A stretch of 64,000 nt of DNA from Candidatus Multivorans sp. (GCA_965224025.1 OZ245033.1:1216001-1280000); one strand, 5' to 3'. Positions 48,216 to 60,753 are shown, counted from the first letter of the stretch. The notes: generated by a model not told the origin, from the letters alone. Numbers and translations: made by a program.

Positions 48216-50414
48216 ATGCGCCGCGCCATCCTCAAGGAGAGGGCCTCTCCACGGGAGCCGAAGGACGGCCTTGGCCACTGGCGCCCGATAGCGCATGTGT
48301 TCGGTCTGTGGGCGTTCGCCGTAGCGCAACCCGTCCTCGACCTGATCGGCGGAGAGCCGGGGTTTCTGGTGGCTCACCGGCTGACGGGGGTTCCTCTCGC
48401 CGCCCTGACAATAGGCCTTGCAGTCGGCATCCCGGCGTTCCTGGCGGCGCCGTTCGCTTTCCCCGCCGTCAGCGGGAGCCGTGTCGGGCGTCTGTGGATG
48501 GACGGCATTCGAGCGTTGCTGGCGGGGGCGTTCCTGCTCCAACTGACCCATCGGCTGCCGGTCGCCGCGGCCCTGGCTCTGGCCGTTGCCGGAGGCGCCG
48601 GTGCCGTCCTCTGCCTGCGCCGCTATCGCGCGTTCTCGAGCCTTGTCAGCGTGACCGCTGCCGCGGCGGTCATTGCGCCGCTTGTCTTTCTTCTCCGGCC
48701 GAGCGTTCGCGATCTGCTCTTGACGGGACCCGCGGTCGACCCCGGGGCCCAGGTCGCTGAGGCGCCTGCAATCTGGTCGGATACGCCGATCGTGTTCGTG
48801 GTGTTCGACGAGCTGCCCGTGAGTTCGATTCAACTGCCGGACGGTTCGATCGATCGCCGCCGGTATCCGTCCTTCGCCGCCCTGGCGGCCGGCGCCGACT
48901 GGTATCCCCGGGCCTTGACCACGTCCAGCCAGACGGAGAAGGCGATTCCCACCCTGCTGACAGGCAGGTTGCCGCTGCCCGATGCGAGCGCGCACTACAG
49001 CGCCCACCCGGAGAACCTCTTCTCCTGGTTGGGCCAGGGCGGCTACCGGGTCGTCGCCTACGAAGCGTTCTCCCTCCTTTGTCCACCGGAAGTCTGCGAC
49101 GCGCCGCCGCTAGCCGCCCCCGGCGAACGCCTTGCCGCCGTGGCTGACGACCTCGGCGTCGTGTACGGGCACCTGTTGCTGCCGCCGGCGCTCCGGACCG
49201 GTCTGCCCGAAGTCGACCAGACCTGGTCCGGGTTCCGTGACCGGCGCCGACCTGGCCAGGGAGCGGAAGACACGGGCGGCCGGGGGCTCCACCAGGATGT
49301 CCCGCGCGTCGTCGACAGCTTTCTCCTTGAGTTTGAACGCCACCGGAACCGCCCGCCGGCGCTGTACTACCTGCACCTGAACCTGCCCCATGTTCCGTTC
49401 CGCTACCTTCCTTCCGGCCGGGAGTACGTTCCCATCGGCGCGCCGGTGATTCCGCCGGGCCTCGACGATCCGCAGGTGCTCGAGGACGAGTGGCAGTACA
49501 TCCAGGGTCTGCAGCGGCACATACTTCAGGTCGGCTATGTCGATCGCGTGCTGGGCCAGGTCGTCGACCGTCTTCGAGGTATCGGCCTCTACGATCGAGC
49601 CCTGGTCGTCGTCACGGCGGATCATGGCTTCCGCGCCGGAGCGCTGCGCCGGGCGGTCACGGAAGCGGACTTCGAGGAACTCCTGGAGGTGCCGCTGTTC
49701 GTCAAACGGCCCGGCCAGGAGGAGGGGCGGGTCGTCGAGCACGTGGTACAGACGATCGACATCCTGCCGACGATCGGTGCGGCGCTTGCCGCCGAGCCGC
49801 CGTGGGAAGTCGACGGCAGGCTCCTCAGCGACGCGTCGGCACGGAAGGTCACCGTGTGCTGCTACGCCCCCCCCACACCATCGACGCTGAACGTTCGGAC
49901 GGATCCGGCCAGGCGTCAGAGAACGTTGGATCGGCTTCACCGGTTGTTCGGCGCCGATGCCGCGTCGCCGCCTAGTTCCGGGGACCCGTTCGAGGGTGTC
50001 TTCGCGGCCGGGCCGAGACCGGATCTCCTGGGCCGCCCGGCCGCCGACTTCATCCGGGAACTCACGGACGGTGAGAGTTCCAGCGACGTACGCGCCATCC
50101 TCACCGCGCGACACAGCTACGAGAACGTGAGCCCCGAAAGCGGCTTCGTGCCGAGTCTGGTCGGCGGTCGGATCGAACCCGGTGTCGTCGACGGAACGGA
50201 GCTGGCGGTGGCGGTGGACGGCATCGTGCGGGCTACGACCGAGACCTTCACGCACGGTGGCGCCAGCCGTTTCTCGGCGCTGGTTCACGAGCGGTGGTTG
50301 CCGGCCGGCAGTCGTCGAGTCGAGATCTACGCGATCGAGGATGGCGCCGGGGAGCCCCAGGGTGCTGACGGTACCGCGTTGCGGCCGTTGCCGGACGCCG
50401 AGTCGTCGCGCTGA
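48216..50414 (+). CDS. Membrane-anchored sulfatase-like hydrolase/transferase
   Basis: N-terminal TM helices; VFDELP, LPHVPF, VTADHG, VPLFVK, TIDILPT (alkaline phosphatase superfamily). Confidence 0.8.
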   Translation: MRRAILKERASPREPKDGLGHWRPIAHVFGLWAFAVAQPVLDLIGGEPGFLVAHRLTGVPLAALTIGLAVGIPAFLAAPFAFPAVSGSRVGRLWMDGIRALLAGAFLLQLTHRLPVAAALALAVAGGAGAVLCLRRYRAFSSLVSVTAAAAVIAPLVFLLRPSVRDLLLTGPAVDPGAQVAEAPAIWSDTPIVFVVFDELPVSSIQLPDGSIDRRRYPSFAALAAGADWYPRALTTSSQTEKAIPTLLTGRLPLPDASAHYSAHPENLFSWLGQGGYRVVAYEAFSLLCPPEVCDAPPLAAPGERLAAVADDLGVVYGHLLLPPALRTGLPEVDQTWSGFRDRRRPGQGAEDTGGRGLHQDVPRVVDSFLLEFERHRNRPPALYYLHLNLPHVPFRYLPSGREYVPIGAPVIPPGLDDPQVLEDEWQYIQGLQRHILQVGYVDRVLGQVVDRLRGIGLYDRALVVVTADHGFRAGALRRAVTEADFEELLEVPLFVKRPGQEEGRVVEHVVQTIDILPTIGAALAAEPPWEVDGRLLSDASARKVTVCCYAPPTPSTLNVRTDPARRQRTLDRLHRLFGADAASPPSSGDPFEGVFAAGPRPDLLGRPAADFIRELTDGESSSDVRAILTARHSYENVSPESGFVPSLVGGRIEPGVVDGTELAVAVDGIVRATTETFTHGGASRFSALVHERWLPAGSRRVEIYAIEDGAGEPQGADGTALRPLPDAESSR

Positions 50415-50736
50415 GGCCAAGAGGCTGCGGGTTGGCGGCTCTAGACTCCTTGAACGAGCGTGGTCTTTACAGTTGAGGCAAGTTTCAGCCAGAGCCATGC
50501 ATCGATACGTCGGCTCGCGTAGCCCGCAAGGACATGCTCGTCGGTCTGAGGCGAAGCCTCGCTAGTTCTAGCGTCCCGCCGGCTCAAGGCTGGCCGCGCG
50601 GCCTCGCGATCGCCGGTCTGCGGTATGGCTACCGCCGGGCCGGAGCACCCCACGCTACCAAACAGCGTCACCTCGTTCACGAAGTTGAAGTGGGGGGCAC
50701 TACGCCGGGTTGAAGCGGCCACGTTCGACCAGGGAG

Positions 50737-50975
50737 AAGTCGGACAGCGCTCTCGCGGAGCGGGTGCGGGCGATCCACGAACGCAGCCGCGGGACCTATG
50801 GGGCGCCGAGGATGCGGGCGCCGCTACACGAAGGCCGACATCGGTCTGCTGGGCGAGGTCGACGAGGCGCTGGGCCAGCTTTGCGGGCGCGCCACGCGCG
50901 CTGTGATGCGGCGGATGCACGAGGAGTACGGCGACGAGCGTTTCGGGCGTCTGGCCGGGATCTCGAACGGCCAGT
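50737..50975 (+). mobile_element. Fused remnants of two transposase genes
   Basis: SDSALAERVRAIHERSRGTYGAPRM (IS3 OrfB-like) abutting RRYTKADIGLLGEVDEALGQLCG...ERFGRLAGIS (a different transposase-like N-terminal region). Confidence 0.65.
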
Positions 50976-51082
50976 TCGCCCTGAACCGACTGCGATCGAA
51001 GCCTCCCTACAGACCCCGCTCCACGCTCATTTCTCTATTGGAAAAGACTATCGCTAGCTGGTGGAACCTGACAATCGCGGCT

Positions 51083-52285
51083 TCAGCAACGTCGCCGCAA
51101 CTGGACCACCGTCTCCAGGTGGGCGGTCTGCGGGAAAATGTCGAAGAACGTGATCGACTCCAGGTCGAAGTCACGGGTCAGCTCGCCCAGATCTCGCGCC
51201 AGCGTTGCGGGATCGCAGGACACGTAGGTCAAACTGGCCGGCGCGGCCCGCAGCAGGGCCCGGCGGACGTTCCACGACAGACCGACGCGGGGCGGATCGA
51301 CCAGCACGCGATCGAGTCCCGGCTCCAGGCCCTGGCCGCCTGCCTTGCCGTCGACCCAACTCTCGACTGCGGCCCGCTCGACCCGGCAGTGGCGCAGGCC
51401 GTTCAGACGCAGGTTGTTCCTGGCGTAGCGGGCGGCGACCGATTCGCCTTCGACCGCCGTCACCGAACCGTAGCGGCCGGCGAGACCGACCGTGAAGAAG
51501 CCGACCCCTGCGTACAGGTCGACCGCCGTCTCGCCCTCGAAGCGGCCCACCGCCGATCGCGCCAGCGTCTCCAGCAATCCCCCGTGGGCCTGGAAGAAGC
51601 AGCGGGCGTCGAAGGTCACGCGGCGTCCCAGCAGTTCGACCTCCAGTTCGCCGCCCGGCAGCCCGGCCAAGGGGGGCGCCGCAACCACCGCGCTGTCTTC
51701 GTCGAAACCGTCCGTGGCCAGACTGAGGCGGCCCGGCGGGACCTGCCCGGCCTGCGCCTGGCCGTCCAGCAACCGCGGCAGTTCGGCCAACCGCGCTTCG
51801 AGCACCGGCGCCAGCACCGGGCACCGGTCGACCTGGACCAGCTCATGGCTGCGGCGACGGCGGAAACCGACGCCGGTCGCCCCGTCCGCGTCCTGTTCGA
51901 CATGGACCTGGGCCCGAAGGCGATAGCTCCACTGACGGTCTGCGACCGGCTCTTCGACGTGGCAACTCGCGAGCTGAGCCGGATCGATGCCGCCCAGCCG
52001 GCGCAGCGTCTCCATCGCCGCGGCGACCTTGAGGCCGAGCTGCGCATCGTCCTCGATGTGCTGAAGTTGGCAGCCGCCGCAGCGAGCGTAGAAGGGACAG
52101 GGAGCGTCCCGCCGAAGGGGGCCGGCTGAGATGACCCGTTCGATCTCGGCGCGAGCGTAGCTCGGCCGGCGTTCGGTGATCCGGGCGTCAACCAGATCGC
52201 CCGGCGCCGCCCGCGGCACGAAGATCGGCAGATCGCGCCAGCGCGCCAGACCGTCGCCGCCCAGCACGACCTTCTCGATGGTCAA
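51083..52285 (-). CDS. RlmD/TrmA-family RNA (uracil-5)-methyltransferase
   Basis: TRAM domain, CPFYARCGGCQLQH, FFQ, DLYAGVG, DPPR, YVSCDPATLARD, FPQTAHLE. Confidence 0.9.
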   Translation of the reverse strand: MTIEKVVLGGDGLARWRDLPIFVPRAAPGDLVDARITERRPSYARAEIERVISAGPLRRDAPCPFYARCGGCQLQHIEDDAQLGLKVAAAMETLRRLGGIDPAQLASCHVEEPVADRQWSYRLRAQVHVEQDADGATGVGFRRRRSHELVQVDRCPVLAPVLEARLAELPRLLDGQAQAGQVPPGRLSLATDGFDEDSAVVAAPPLAGLPGGELEVELLGRRVTFDARCFFQAHGGLLETLARSAVGRFEGETAVDLYAGVGFFTVGLAGRYGSVTAVEGESVAARYARNNLRLNGLRHCRVERAAVESWVDGKAGGQGLEPGLDRVLVDPPRVGLSWNVRRALLRAAPASLTYVSCDPATLARDLGELTRDFDLESITFFDIFPQTAHLETVVQLRRRC

Positions 52286-52430
52286 CTCGAGGCGGCCGAT
52301 TCCGGCCAGCGCGGCGAGGGTTTCCAGCCGTTCAGCCGAGAGAGGCTGTTTCCGCGGTTTCAGGGGATCGACCTCGCCCCAGAATCCCTCGGCAACGCCT
52401 CGACATTCTGGCCCAACTCATCCTCGCCAG

Positions 52431-52481
52431 GAGGCTGCGCGCTTGAGCTCACTTCGTTGCGTTCCGCTCGCGCAGCCTTCT
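52431..52481. repeat. Intergenic hairpin (possible terminator or REP-like)
   Basis: AGGCTGCGCG...CGCGCAGCCT inverted arms. Confidence 0.45.
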
Positions 52482-52716
52482 AGCCATCCTGGCCGCCGCT
52501 ATGGCGCCGGCCGTGCGCCCAGGTCGGATCCCGGCTCGCGAACTCGTCCAGTTCGCTCGGCACCTCCACGAGTGTGCGGCTCAACTCCGGGTCGCACACG
52601 TCGTTCTCGCACTCGTAGACGTACACGTTCCAGTCGTCCCGGCGGCGGTAGGCGCACAGTGTCTGGTAGCTGTCGCAGTGGCCGCACTTGATCGAGAGGT
52701 TGCGGATGTTGATCAC
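52480..52716 (-). CDS. Small Cys-rich (zinc-ribbon-like) hypothetical protein
   Basis: CGHC...YECENDVC; GGAGG RBS upstream. Confidence 0.7.
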   Translation of the reverse strand: MINIRNLSIKCGHCDSYQTLCAYRRRDDWNVYVYECENDVCDPELSRTLVEVPSELDEFASRDPTWAHGRRHSGGQDG

Positions 52717-52768
52717 GGCGCGAACGGACCTCCTGCGACGCGGGAACCGGGCTGCCGGGCCTCCGGCC

Positions 52769-53293
52769 TCAGCCCGGTTCGACCGAGCGCGCTTCCTCGA
52801 TCGCGCGCCTCACCACGCTCGCCCCGACCAGACCCACGGAAATGTAGGACACCTCACCGAGCGGGTTCAGTACCAGGAGCGTGGGCAAAGCGTAGAGCTC
52901 CGCGCCGCGCATCACTTCTTCCTCGGGATCGAGCAGCACTGGATAGCCGAACGGTTTCTCGTCGACGTGCTTCTGAACCGTTTCCAGATCTTCGCCCGTG
53001 TTCAGGGCCAGGAATGTAACGCCCTGATCGGCGTACTCCGCGTGCAGCCTCCCCAGGATCTCCGCCTGAACGTCGCACGGCTTGCACCAGCTCGCCCAAA
53101 GGTCTACCACCACGACATCGCCGCGCAGGTCCGGCGGGCCCAGGCGCGATCCATCCAACGTGTCGAGCTGGAAACTCGTCAGGATCGGATCGAATTCCGA
53201 GACCTCCGGCACGCTGAGCCCGACGAAGACGACGAACGCTGCCCCCGTCACGCCCAAGCCCACCAGCAGCCCGATTGCAAGACCCCTTGTCAT
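52769..53293 (-). CDS. TlpA/ResA-family thiol-disulfide oxidoreductase
   Basis: N-terminal anchor, WASWCKPC, LPT cis-Pro loop. Confidence 0.88.
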   Translation of the reverse strand: MTRGLAIGLLVGLGVTGAAFVVFVGLSVPEVSEFDPILTSFQLDTLDGSRLGPPDLRGDVVVVDLWASWCKPCDVQAEILGRLHAEYADQGVTFLALNTGEDLETVQKHVDEKPFGYPVLLDPEEEVMRGAELYALPTLLVLNPLGEVSYISVGLVGASVVRRAIEEARSVEPG

Positions 53294-53363
53294 CCGGGGC
53301 AGCCTAGCAGCCCGTGGCAGCCGCGGCAGCGCTGACCGCTGCCGGGCGGACCGACTTCGAGCC

Positions 53364-56225
53364 TCAACTGCAGCCGCTGGTGGCGCCGCAGTTCATGCAC
53401 TTGTAGCAACTGCCGTTGCGCACCATGATCGATCCGCACTCGTGGCAGGATGGCGCGTCCTGTTGCAACAGGAACGTGACCGGGGCCAGTTGGCCGGCGT
53501 CCCTTCCTGTTGCGGGCTCTTCAGCAGCCGTGCCGTTCGTCTTCCCGGCTTGCTTGGCCTCCGCTCGCGTGTCCGCGCGATGGATCACTCCCGCAATCTC
53601 CTGCGCCTCGGGCGACAGGAACTTGGACGCCAGCCACCTGAAGATGTAGTCCATGACCGACTTCGCCATCGGTATCTCGGGGTTCTTCGTGAAACCCGAG
53701 GGCTCGAAGCGGCTGTGCGTGAACTTGTCCACCAGGATCTGGAGCGGGACGCCGTATTGGAGGGCCACCGACACCGCCTGGGCGAAGGAGTCCATCAGGC
53801 CGGAGATCGTCGACCCTTCCTTCGCCATGAGCAGGAAGATCTCACCGGGCTGACCGTCCTCGTACAGACCGACGGTGACGAATCCCTCATGGCCGTTGAT
53901 CGAGAACTTGTGGGTCAGCGCGCGCCGCTCGTCGGGCAGGCGCCGGCGGGTGATGCCGGCCGCGATGCGGGCGTCCACGGCTGCCTGCAGATCGTCGCCC
54001 TTGGCCGACGCGTCGCTCGACGTCGACAGGGGCTGCGAGCGCTTGCAGCCGTCCCGGTAGATCGCCACGGCCTTCAGACCCAGCTTCCAGCCCTCGATGT
54101 AGGCGTCCTGGATCTCCTCGACCGTCGACTCTTCGGGCATGTTGATCGTCTTGCTGATCGCTCCGGAGATGAACGGCTGCGCCGCCGCCAGCATCCGCAG
54201 GTGTCCGAGATGATGAATGGACCGCGAGCCGTTGGCCGGTTTGAAGGCGCAATCGAACACCGACAGGTGCTCGTCAACGAGATGGGGCGCGCCCTCGATC
54301 GTGTCGTGGTCGTCGATGTACTCGACGATCTGCTGGACCTCGGACTTCTCGTAACCCAACCGCTCCAGCGCCAGAGGCACGGTGCGGTTGACGATCTTGA
54401 TCATGCCGCCGCCGACCAGCTTCTTGTACTTGACGAGCGCGATGTCGGGCTCGACCCCGGTCGTGTCGCAGTCCATCATGAAGGCGATCGTGCCGGTGGG
54501 CGCCAGCACCGAGATTTGGCTGTTGCGGATGCCGTTCCGCTCGTCCAGTTCGACCACGCCGTCCCACGATTTCTTGGCCGCGTTCAGGAGCTCGAGCGGC
54601 ACGTGCGCCGGGTTGACCTCCCGCAGCGCGGCGCGGTGGTTGTCCATCACTCGCAGCATCGGCGCCCGGTTCTTCTCGAAGGCCTCGAACGGACCCTTGA
54701 CCGCCGCAATCCGCGTGGACTGGAGGTAGGACGCGCCCGACATCAGGGCCGTGATGGCGCCGGCGTAGTCGCGGCCCGCCTCCGAGTCGTAGGGGAGGCC
54801 GCGGGCCATCAGCAGGGCGCCCAGGTTCGCGTAGCCGATGCCGAGCGGCCGGTAGGCGTGCGAGTTCTCCTCGATCCTCGGCGTCGGGTAGCTCGCGTTG
54901 TCGACGATGATCTCCTGCGCCGTGATCACGATCTCGCAGGCGTGCCGGAACGACGCCGTGTCGAAGCCGGAACCCGGATCATAGAACCGCATCAGGTTGA
55001 GCGACGCCAGGTTGCAGGCGGTGTCGTCCAGGAACATGTACTCGCTGCACGGATTGCTGGCGTTGATCCGGTCCGTGTTCGGGCAGGTGTGCCAGTGGTT
55101 GATCGTCGAGTCGAACTGCATTCCCGGATCGCCGCAGACCCAGGTCGACTCGGCGATCATGTGCAGCAGTTCCGCAGCTCGATGGCTGTCCATGGGCCGG
55201 CCGTCGGTCACCGCCGTCGTCGTCCACTCCGCGTCGTCCACCACCGCCCGCATGAACTCGTCCGTGGCGCGCACCGAGTGGTTCGCGTTCTGGTAGAAGA
55301 TCGAGTCGTAGGCGCCGCCGGGGACGTTGAAGCCCGCGTCGTAGCCGGCCTCGATCAGGGCCCAGGCCTTGCGCTCCTCGACCTCCTTGCAGCGGATGAA
55401 CTCCACGATGTCCGGGTGGTCGGCATCCAGGATGACCATCTTCGCGGCGCGCCGCGTCTTGCCGCCGCTCTTGATCACGCCGGCGAACGCGTCGAAGCCG
55501 CGCATGAACGACACCGGACCCGATGCCGTTCCGCCGCCGGCCAGCGTCTCGGCGGAGGAACGAAGCGCCGACAGGTTGCTGCCGGTCCCCGAACCGAACT
55601 TGAACAGCATGCCCTCGGTCTTGGCCAAGCCGAGGATCGACTGCATCGTGTCCTCCACGGAGTTGATGAAGCACGCCGAACACTGCGGGCGCTCCTCGAT
55701 CCCGACGTTGAACCACACCGGCGAGTTGAAGCACGCGTACTGGTGGAGAAGGATGTGGGTCAGTTCCGCGTGGAAGGACTCGGCGTCCGCCTCCGACGAG
55801 AAGTAGCCGCCCTCGCGCCCCCATGCCGCGATCCTGTCCGCCACCCGGGAGATCAACTGGCGCACGCTCGACTCGCGCTGGGCTGACCCCAACTGGCCGC
55901 GAAAGTACTTCGAGGCGACCACGTTCGTCGCGGTCTGCGACCAAGCCTTCGGCGCCTCGACGCCGAGTTGCTCGAACACGGACTCGCCCTTCTCGTTGGC
56001 AATCAGGGCATCGCGGATGTCCCACTCGACGCGGTCGAAGGGGTGGACGCCGGGCTCGGTGTACCGCCGCTTGATGGTCAGACCGGTAGGGCTCGAGGCT
56101 GGCGCCGGTGCGCTGGCGGCTTGCGCCGACCGCGCGGCGCCGGCCGCGGCGGGCGCGGCCAGTACCTCGCGATCCGTACCTCGCGTGACTCCTGCACCGT
56201 TCCAGTTGCCGCCACCATCCGCCAT
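53364..56225 (-). CDS. nrdJ: Adenosylcobalamin-dependent (class II) ribonucleotide reductase
   Basis: FNSPVWFN, QCSACFI, GGKTRRAAKM, SNPCSE, APTGTI, AIYRDGCK; C-terminal TSCPD and CxxC zinc ribbon. Confidence 0.95.
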   Translation of the reverse strand: MADGGGNWNGAGVTRGTDREVLAAPAAAGAARSAQAASAPAPASSPTGLTIKRRYTEPGVHPFDRVEWDIRDALIANEKGESVFEQLGVEAPKAWSQTATNVVASKYFRGQLGSAQRESSVRQLISRVADRIAAWGREGGYFSSEADAESFHAELTHILLHQYACFNSPVWFNVGIEERPQCSACFINSVEDTMQSILGLAKTEGMLFKFGSGTGSNLSALRSSAETLAGGGTASGPVSFMRGFDAFAGVIKSGGKTRRAAKMVILDADHPDIVEFIRCKEVEERKAWALIEAGYDAGFNVPGGAYDSIFYQNANHSVRATDEFMRAVVDDAEWTTTAVTDGRPMDSHRAAELLHMIAESTWVCGDPGMQFDSTINHWHTCPNTDRINASNPCSEYMFLDDTACNLASLNLMRFYDPGSGFDTASFRHACEIVITAQEIIVDNASYPTPRIEENSHAYRPLGIGYANLGALLMARGLPYDSEAGRDYAGAITALMSGASYLQSTRIAAVKGPFEAFEKNRAPMLRVMDNHRAALREVNPAHVPLELLNAAKKSWDGVVELDERNGIRNSQISVLAPTGTIAFMMDCDTTGVEPDIALVKYKKLVGGGMIKIVNRTVPLALERLGYEKSEVQQIVEYIDDHDTIEGAPHLVDEHLSVFDCAFKPANGSRSIHHLGHLRMLAAAQPFISGAISKTINMPEESTVEEIQDAYIEGWKLGLKAVAIYRDGCKRSQPLSTSSDASAKGDDLQAAVDARIAAGITRRRLPDERRALTHKFSINGHEGFVTVGLYEDGQPGEIFLLMAKEGSTISGLMDSFAQAVSVALQYGVPLQILVDKFTHSRFEPSGFTKNPEIPMAKSVMDYIFRWLASKFLSPEAQEIAGVIHRADTRAEAKQAGKTNGTAAEEPATGRDAGQLAPVTFLLQQDAPSCHECGSIMVRNGSCYKCMNCGATSGCS

Positions 56226-56372
56226 GGTCCTCTCCCTTCCTTTTTCTCAAGCCCGGTGTCGACGCACACCGACCCGGCGCGGCCTGCTCCGCGCCCTTCG
56301 TGAGCGTAGTGCCGTGCTTGGGGGGGGTGCGAGCTTGCATTGAAGCCAGAGGTTGAGTCTATCGGTACCTAG

Positions 56373-56419
56373 TCCAATATGTAGTGGTTGTCAAGGGGTG
56401 AAGGTACGAGATATGGCGA
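56373..56419. promoter_or_regulatory. Tandem NrdR boxes flanking the nrdJ -35
   Basis: TCCAATATGTAGTGGT (56373) and degenerate GTACGAGATATGGCGA (56404), 31 bp apart; minus-strand TTGACA at 56389-56394. Confidence 0.75.
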
Positions 56420-56548
56420 TTCATGGAGGCATGCGGACTCATGGATGAGACGGAGAAGTTGCGGAGACGCCGGTTGTTTCCTGCGGATTCGAGCCTCCGG
56501 CAACCACTCTCCAGGCCAGGATTCGAGGCGGCGATAAGCTCCTTTGCC

Positions 56549-58117
<1,569 letters not shown>

Positions 58118-58139
58118 GCCACCGCCCCGAGGACCAGCG

Positions 58140-58415
58140 GTGAAGTCAGCCTACGAGAGAGCTCTCGAGAAGCTGGAGAGCAGCGGCATCGCCGCGCCCC
58201 AGCGGGATGCGCTGGACGAAGACCAGCGCCGGCGCATCGAGGACGAACGGACCCGCCACCAGGCGAAGGTCGCCGAACTCGAGATCCTGCACCAGAAGAA
58301 CCTGTCCCCCGATCCGGCCAAGCGGCACCAGGAAGAAGAGAACTACCGCGCCGAGAAGCGACGGCTCGCCGAGCGACTCGAGTCGAAGGTCGAACGCATT
58401 CGCCGCGGCGACTGA
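58140..58415 (+). CDS. Small helical hypothetical protein
   Basis: MKSAYERALEKL...; charged coiled coil with backbone-like codon usage. Confidence 0.7.
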   Translation: MKSAYERALEKLESSGIAAPQRDALDEDQRRRIEDERTRHQAKVAELEILHQKNLSPDPAKRHQEEENYRAEKRRLAERLESKVERIRRGD

Positions 58416-58464
58416 GCCAGGCAGCCGGCGATCAATGTGTACGTCCAGAATCTCGTTCTTTGCT

Positions 58465-58719
58465 TCATCTTCCTGGCGGCTCGCCTGGCTCCTCAGGCGG
58501 CGCTACGGCTCCGGCCTTCTCCTGGTCTGGTTTGGAAGACCTCTCTGATCCATCCGTCGCAGCCCGTGGCTCCTCCCGTCCTCCCTTCGGCCCAACCTTC
58601 AGCCACGGCATGACCGCTTGATCCGCAGCGATCTCCGCTTCCAGACCAGGCTCGATCAGAGGCATCGGCGGAACGAGCGTCAGCGCGACGAGCTCCGCAT
58701 AGGTCCGGCTCTCCCCTTC
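58465..58719 (-). pseudogene. C-terminal remnant of a third partner gene (cassette C)
   Basis: EGESRTYAELVALTLVPPMPLIEPG aligns with partner ends GEAVTYASRFGLDLAPVVPPV / SESVTYLRRSGLDLVPVRPPV. Confidence 0.6.
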
Positions 58720-60549
58720 CTAGCGAAGCAGCAGACTCTCGCCGAACCGCACGCCGATTGGCAGTCCCTGGCTGTCTCTGACGACCTCGGCGATCGTGCC
58801 GTGGTCGTCGCTCGCTTCGTCGAACCGGGCAGCAAAGAGCGCCGGGTCAACGCAACCGCCGGGCCGAGTCCGCAACCCATGGTGTTCGAGCTCGTCTCCC
58901 ACGCTCCCCCGGTCGCATGCGTCGAGCGGAAACCTCCGGTACGCCTCGGTCCGGGATCCTCCCCGGTCGTCCGAAATCCGAAGGCCCTCGGAGCTGATGA
59001 CGGTCGTCACCGTCATCGTCTGGCCGAGAACCTCGGTGAATTCACGCGACGCGAACTTCCCGTTGAGTTCGAGCTGGCGACTACTGTCGCGCCAGATCGT
59101 GTAGTGCATGTGATCTCCGCGCGAGTTTCCGCTGTTATTGGCGGTCCCAATCTGCTGGAAGGCCGCGACCGTATCTTCGACCTCAACACCGACGGTGTGC
59201 AGGTGGAGAAAGACGTGTTCCCTTCCAGCGGAGTCCACGATCCGCACGAAGTTCCCGTTAGGCGGGTATGTAGTCGCGAACGTTCGAGTATCCGGGTCCC
59301 AAGCGTTCGTGCCGTGGCCGCTCCCGGTCTCCGTCACACGTCCAGAAACTGGCGCCATCACAGCATCGCCCCGAGATGCACGAACATCGATGCCGCGATG
59401 AGACGGCCTTGCCGTGTTGCGACCTCCGTGGTCCGAACCGAGTGCGCGGTTGTCTTCCAGAGGGTTAGAAGAGACCCTCTCCGAGTTGACAAGTGAACTG
59501 GCATAGCAGGCGTCTATGGCGTCATCAGCCGGGTCGGTTCCGCCGTCGCGGTCATCATCGCCGCCACCGCCGCCGCCACCACCACCATCACCGCCGTCGC
59601 CGCCGTACCCATCACCCTGCCCACCAAGAGGAATGACGACCTCGATGCAAGAGCCTTCGATGACGATCCCGTCCTCCTCCTCGCACAAGAGCACTACGAT
59701 GCGTGGAGGACCACCCGCCAGCGGCGTCGCGACGTAGGTCACGGTCTCCGTAGCCGTCACGGTCAGGGAGTAGTCCCCGGGGCCGGGGTCGTACGGGTAC
59801 ACCACGACGCTGTGATTCCCCGCCGCCAGGTCGTCGCTCCAGGAGTCGTCCAGCGTGCCCCAGCGGTTCGTGCAGCGGCTGCTGCCTACACGGCAGTCGA
59901 AGTCGATCGTCAGGCCCGTCAGGGCGACCTCCACTTCGGCGGTCCCGGAGAGCGTGAAGCCGTGGGTCTGACCGGTCGAGACGCCCGTTCTGCTCACGTC
60001 GACCAGGGTCGTAACCCTGGTTTCGGTTCCGGTGCTGCCGCCGGTGCTCGGCGCCTGCACACCGATGGTGAGCGTGTAGTTCCCCGAGCCGCCGCCGTAC
60101 GGATACACCACGATCTTGTGATCGCCAGCATCGAGCGTGCCGCTCCATGAATCGTCCGCCGTGCCGCCATGGTTCGTGCAGAGATTGCCCGAAACCGGGC
60201 AGTCGAAGTCGGTCGTCATTCCGGTCAACTCTATCGACACCTCGGCGCGGTGGGACAGCGTGAGCGGATACGTCCTTGAACTCGACACGTTCACGCCCGT
60301 CTTCACGATCGGGCCGGTTGTCGGCGGCGGCGGCGGCGGTGGAGGTGGAGGCGGCGGCGGCGGTGGCGGCGGCACCGGGGCCGCGACGACCATAGTGAAC
60401 GTGACTGAATCGGTCGCGCCTGCGCTGTCCGAGACGCTGTACGTGATCGTGTAGGTGGTGTCGATCAGGACCGTCGGCAGCGCTCCCTTGGCCCGCCGCG
60501 TTGACGACGCGAACGCGGTCCCCGGAGGAAGGCCGGCCAGACTATAGGT
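58720..60549 (-). pseudogene. 5'-truncated modular M23 peptidase (cassette C): partial Ig-like, poly-Pro, 2 PPC-like, Gly linker, M23, extra tail
   Basis: Homology to cassette B begins mid-domain (TYSLAGLPPG at ~60549); no signal peptide; HRGID, FLHL and HMH motifs intact. Confidence 0.75.
59723..60348. repeat. ~625-bp near-identical duplication, copy 1
   Basis: Matches 62752-63377 at offset 3029; one mismatch seen (60208 G vs 63237 A). Confidence 0.92.
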
Positions 60550-60753
60550 CGGTATCGTCGAATCGGAACTCGATCCTGAGTCAATCGTCCGTGTAGTGCA
60601 CCAGGGAACGCAACTCAGTAGCCTCGGTTCCGGCCGCTCGGACCGTTCGCCACACGGGGCCCTCGCCCATCTCTCCGGCCCGTGCTGCCGCGAATGATGA
60701 CGTCTCGCCGTGGCTCCGCCGACCAGCTAGCCGGACATGCCAACAGCCAAACC

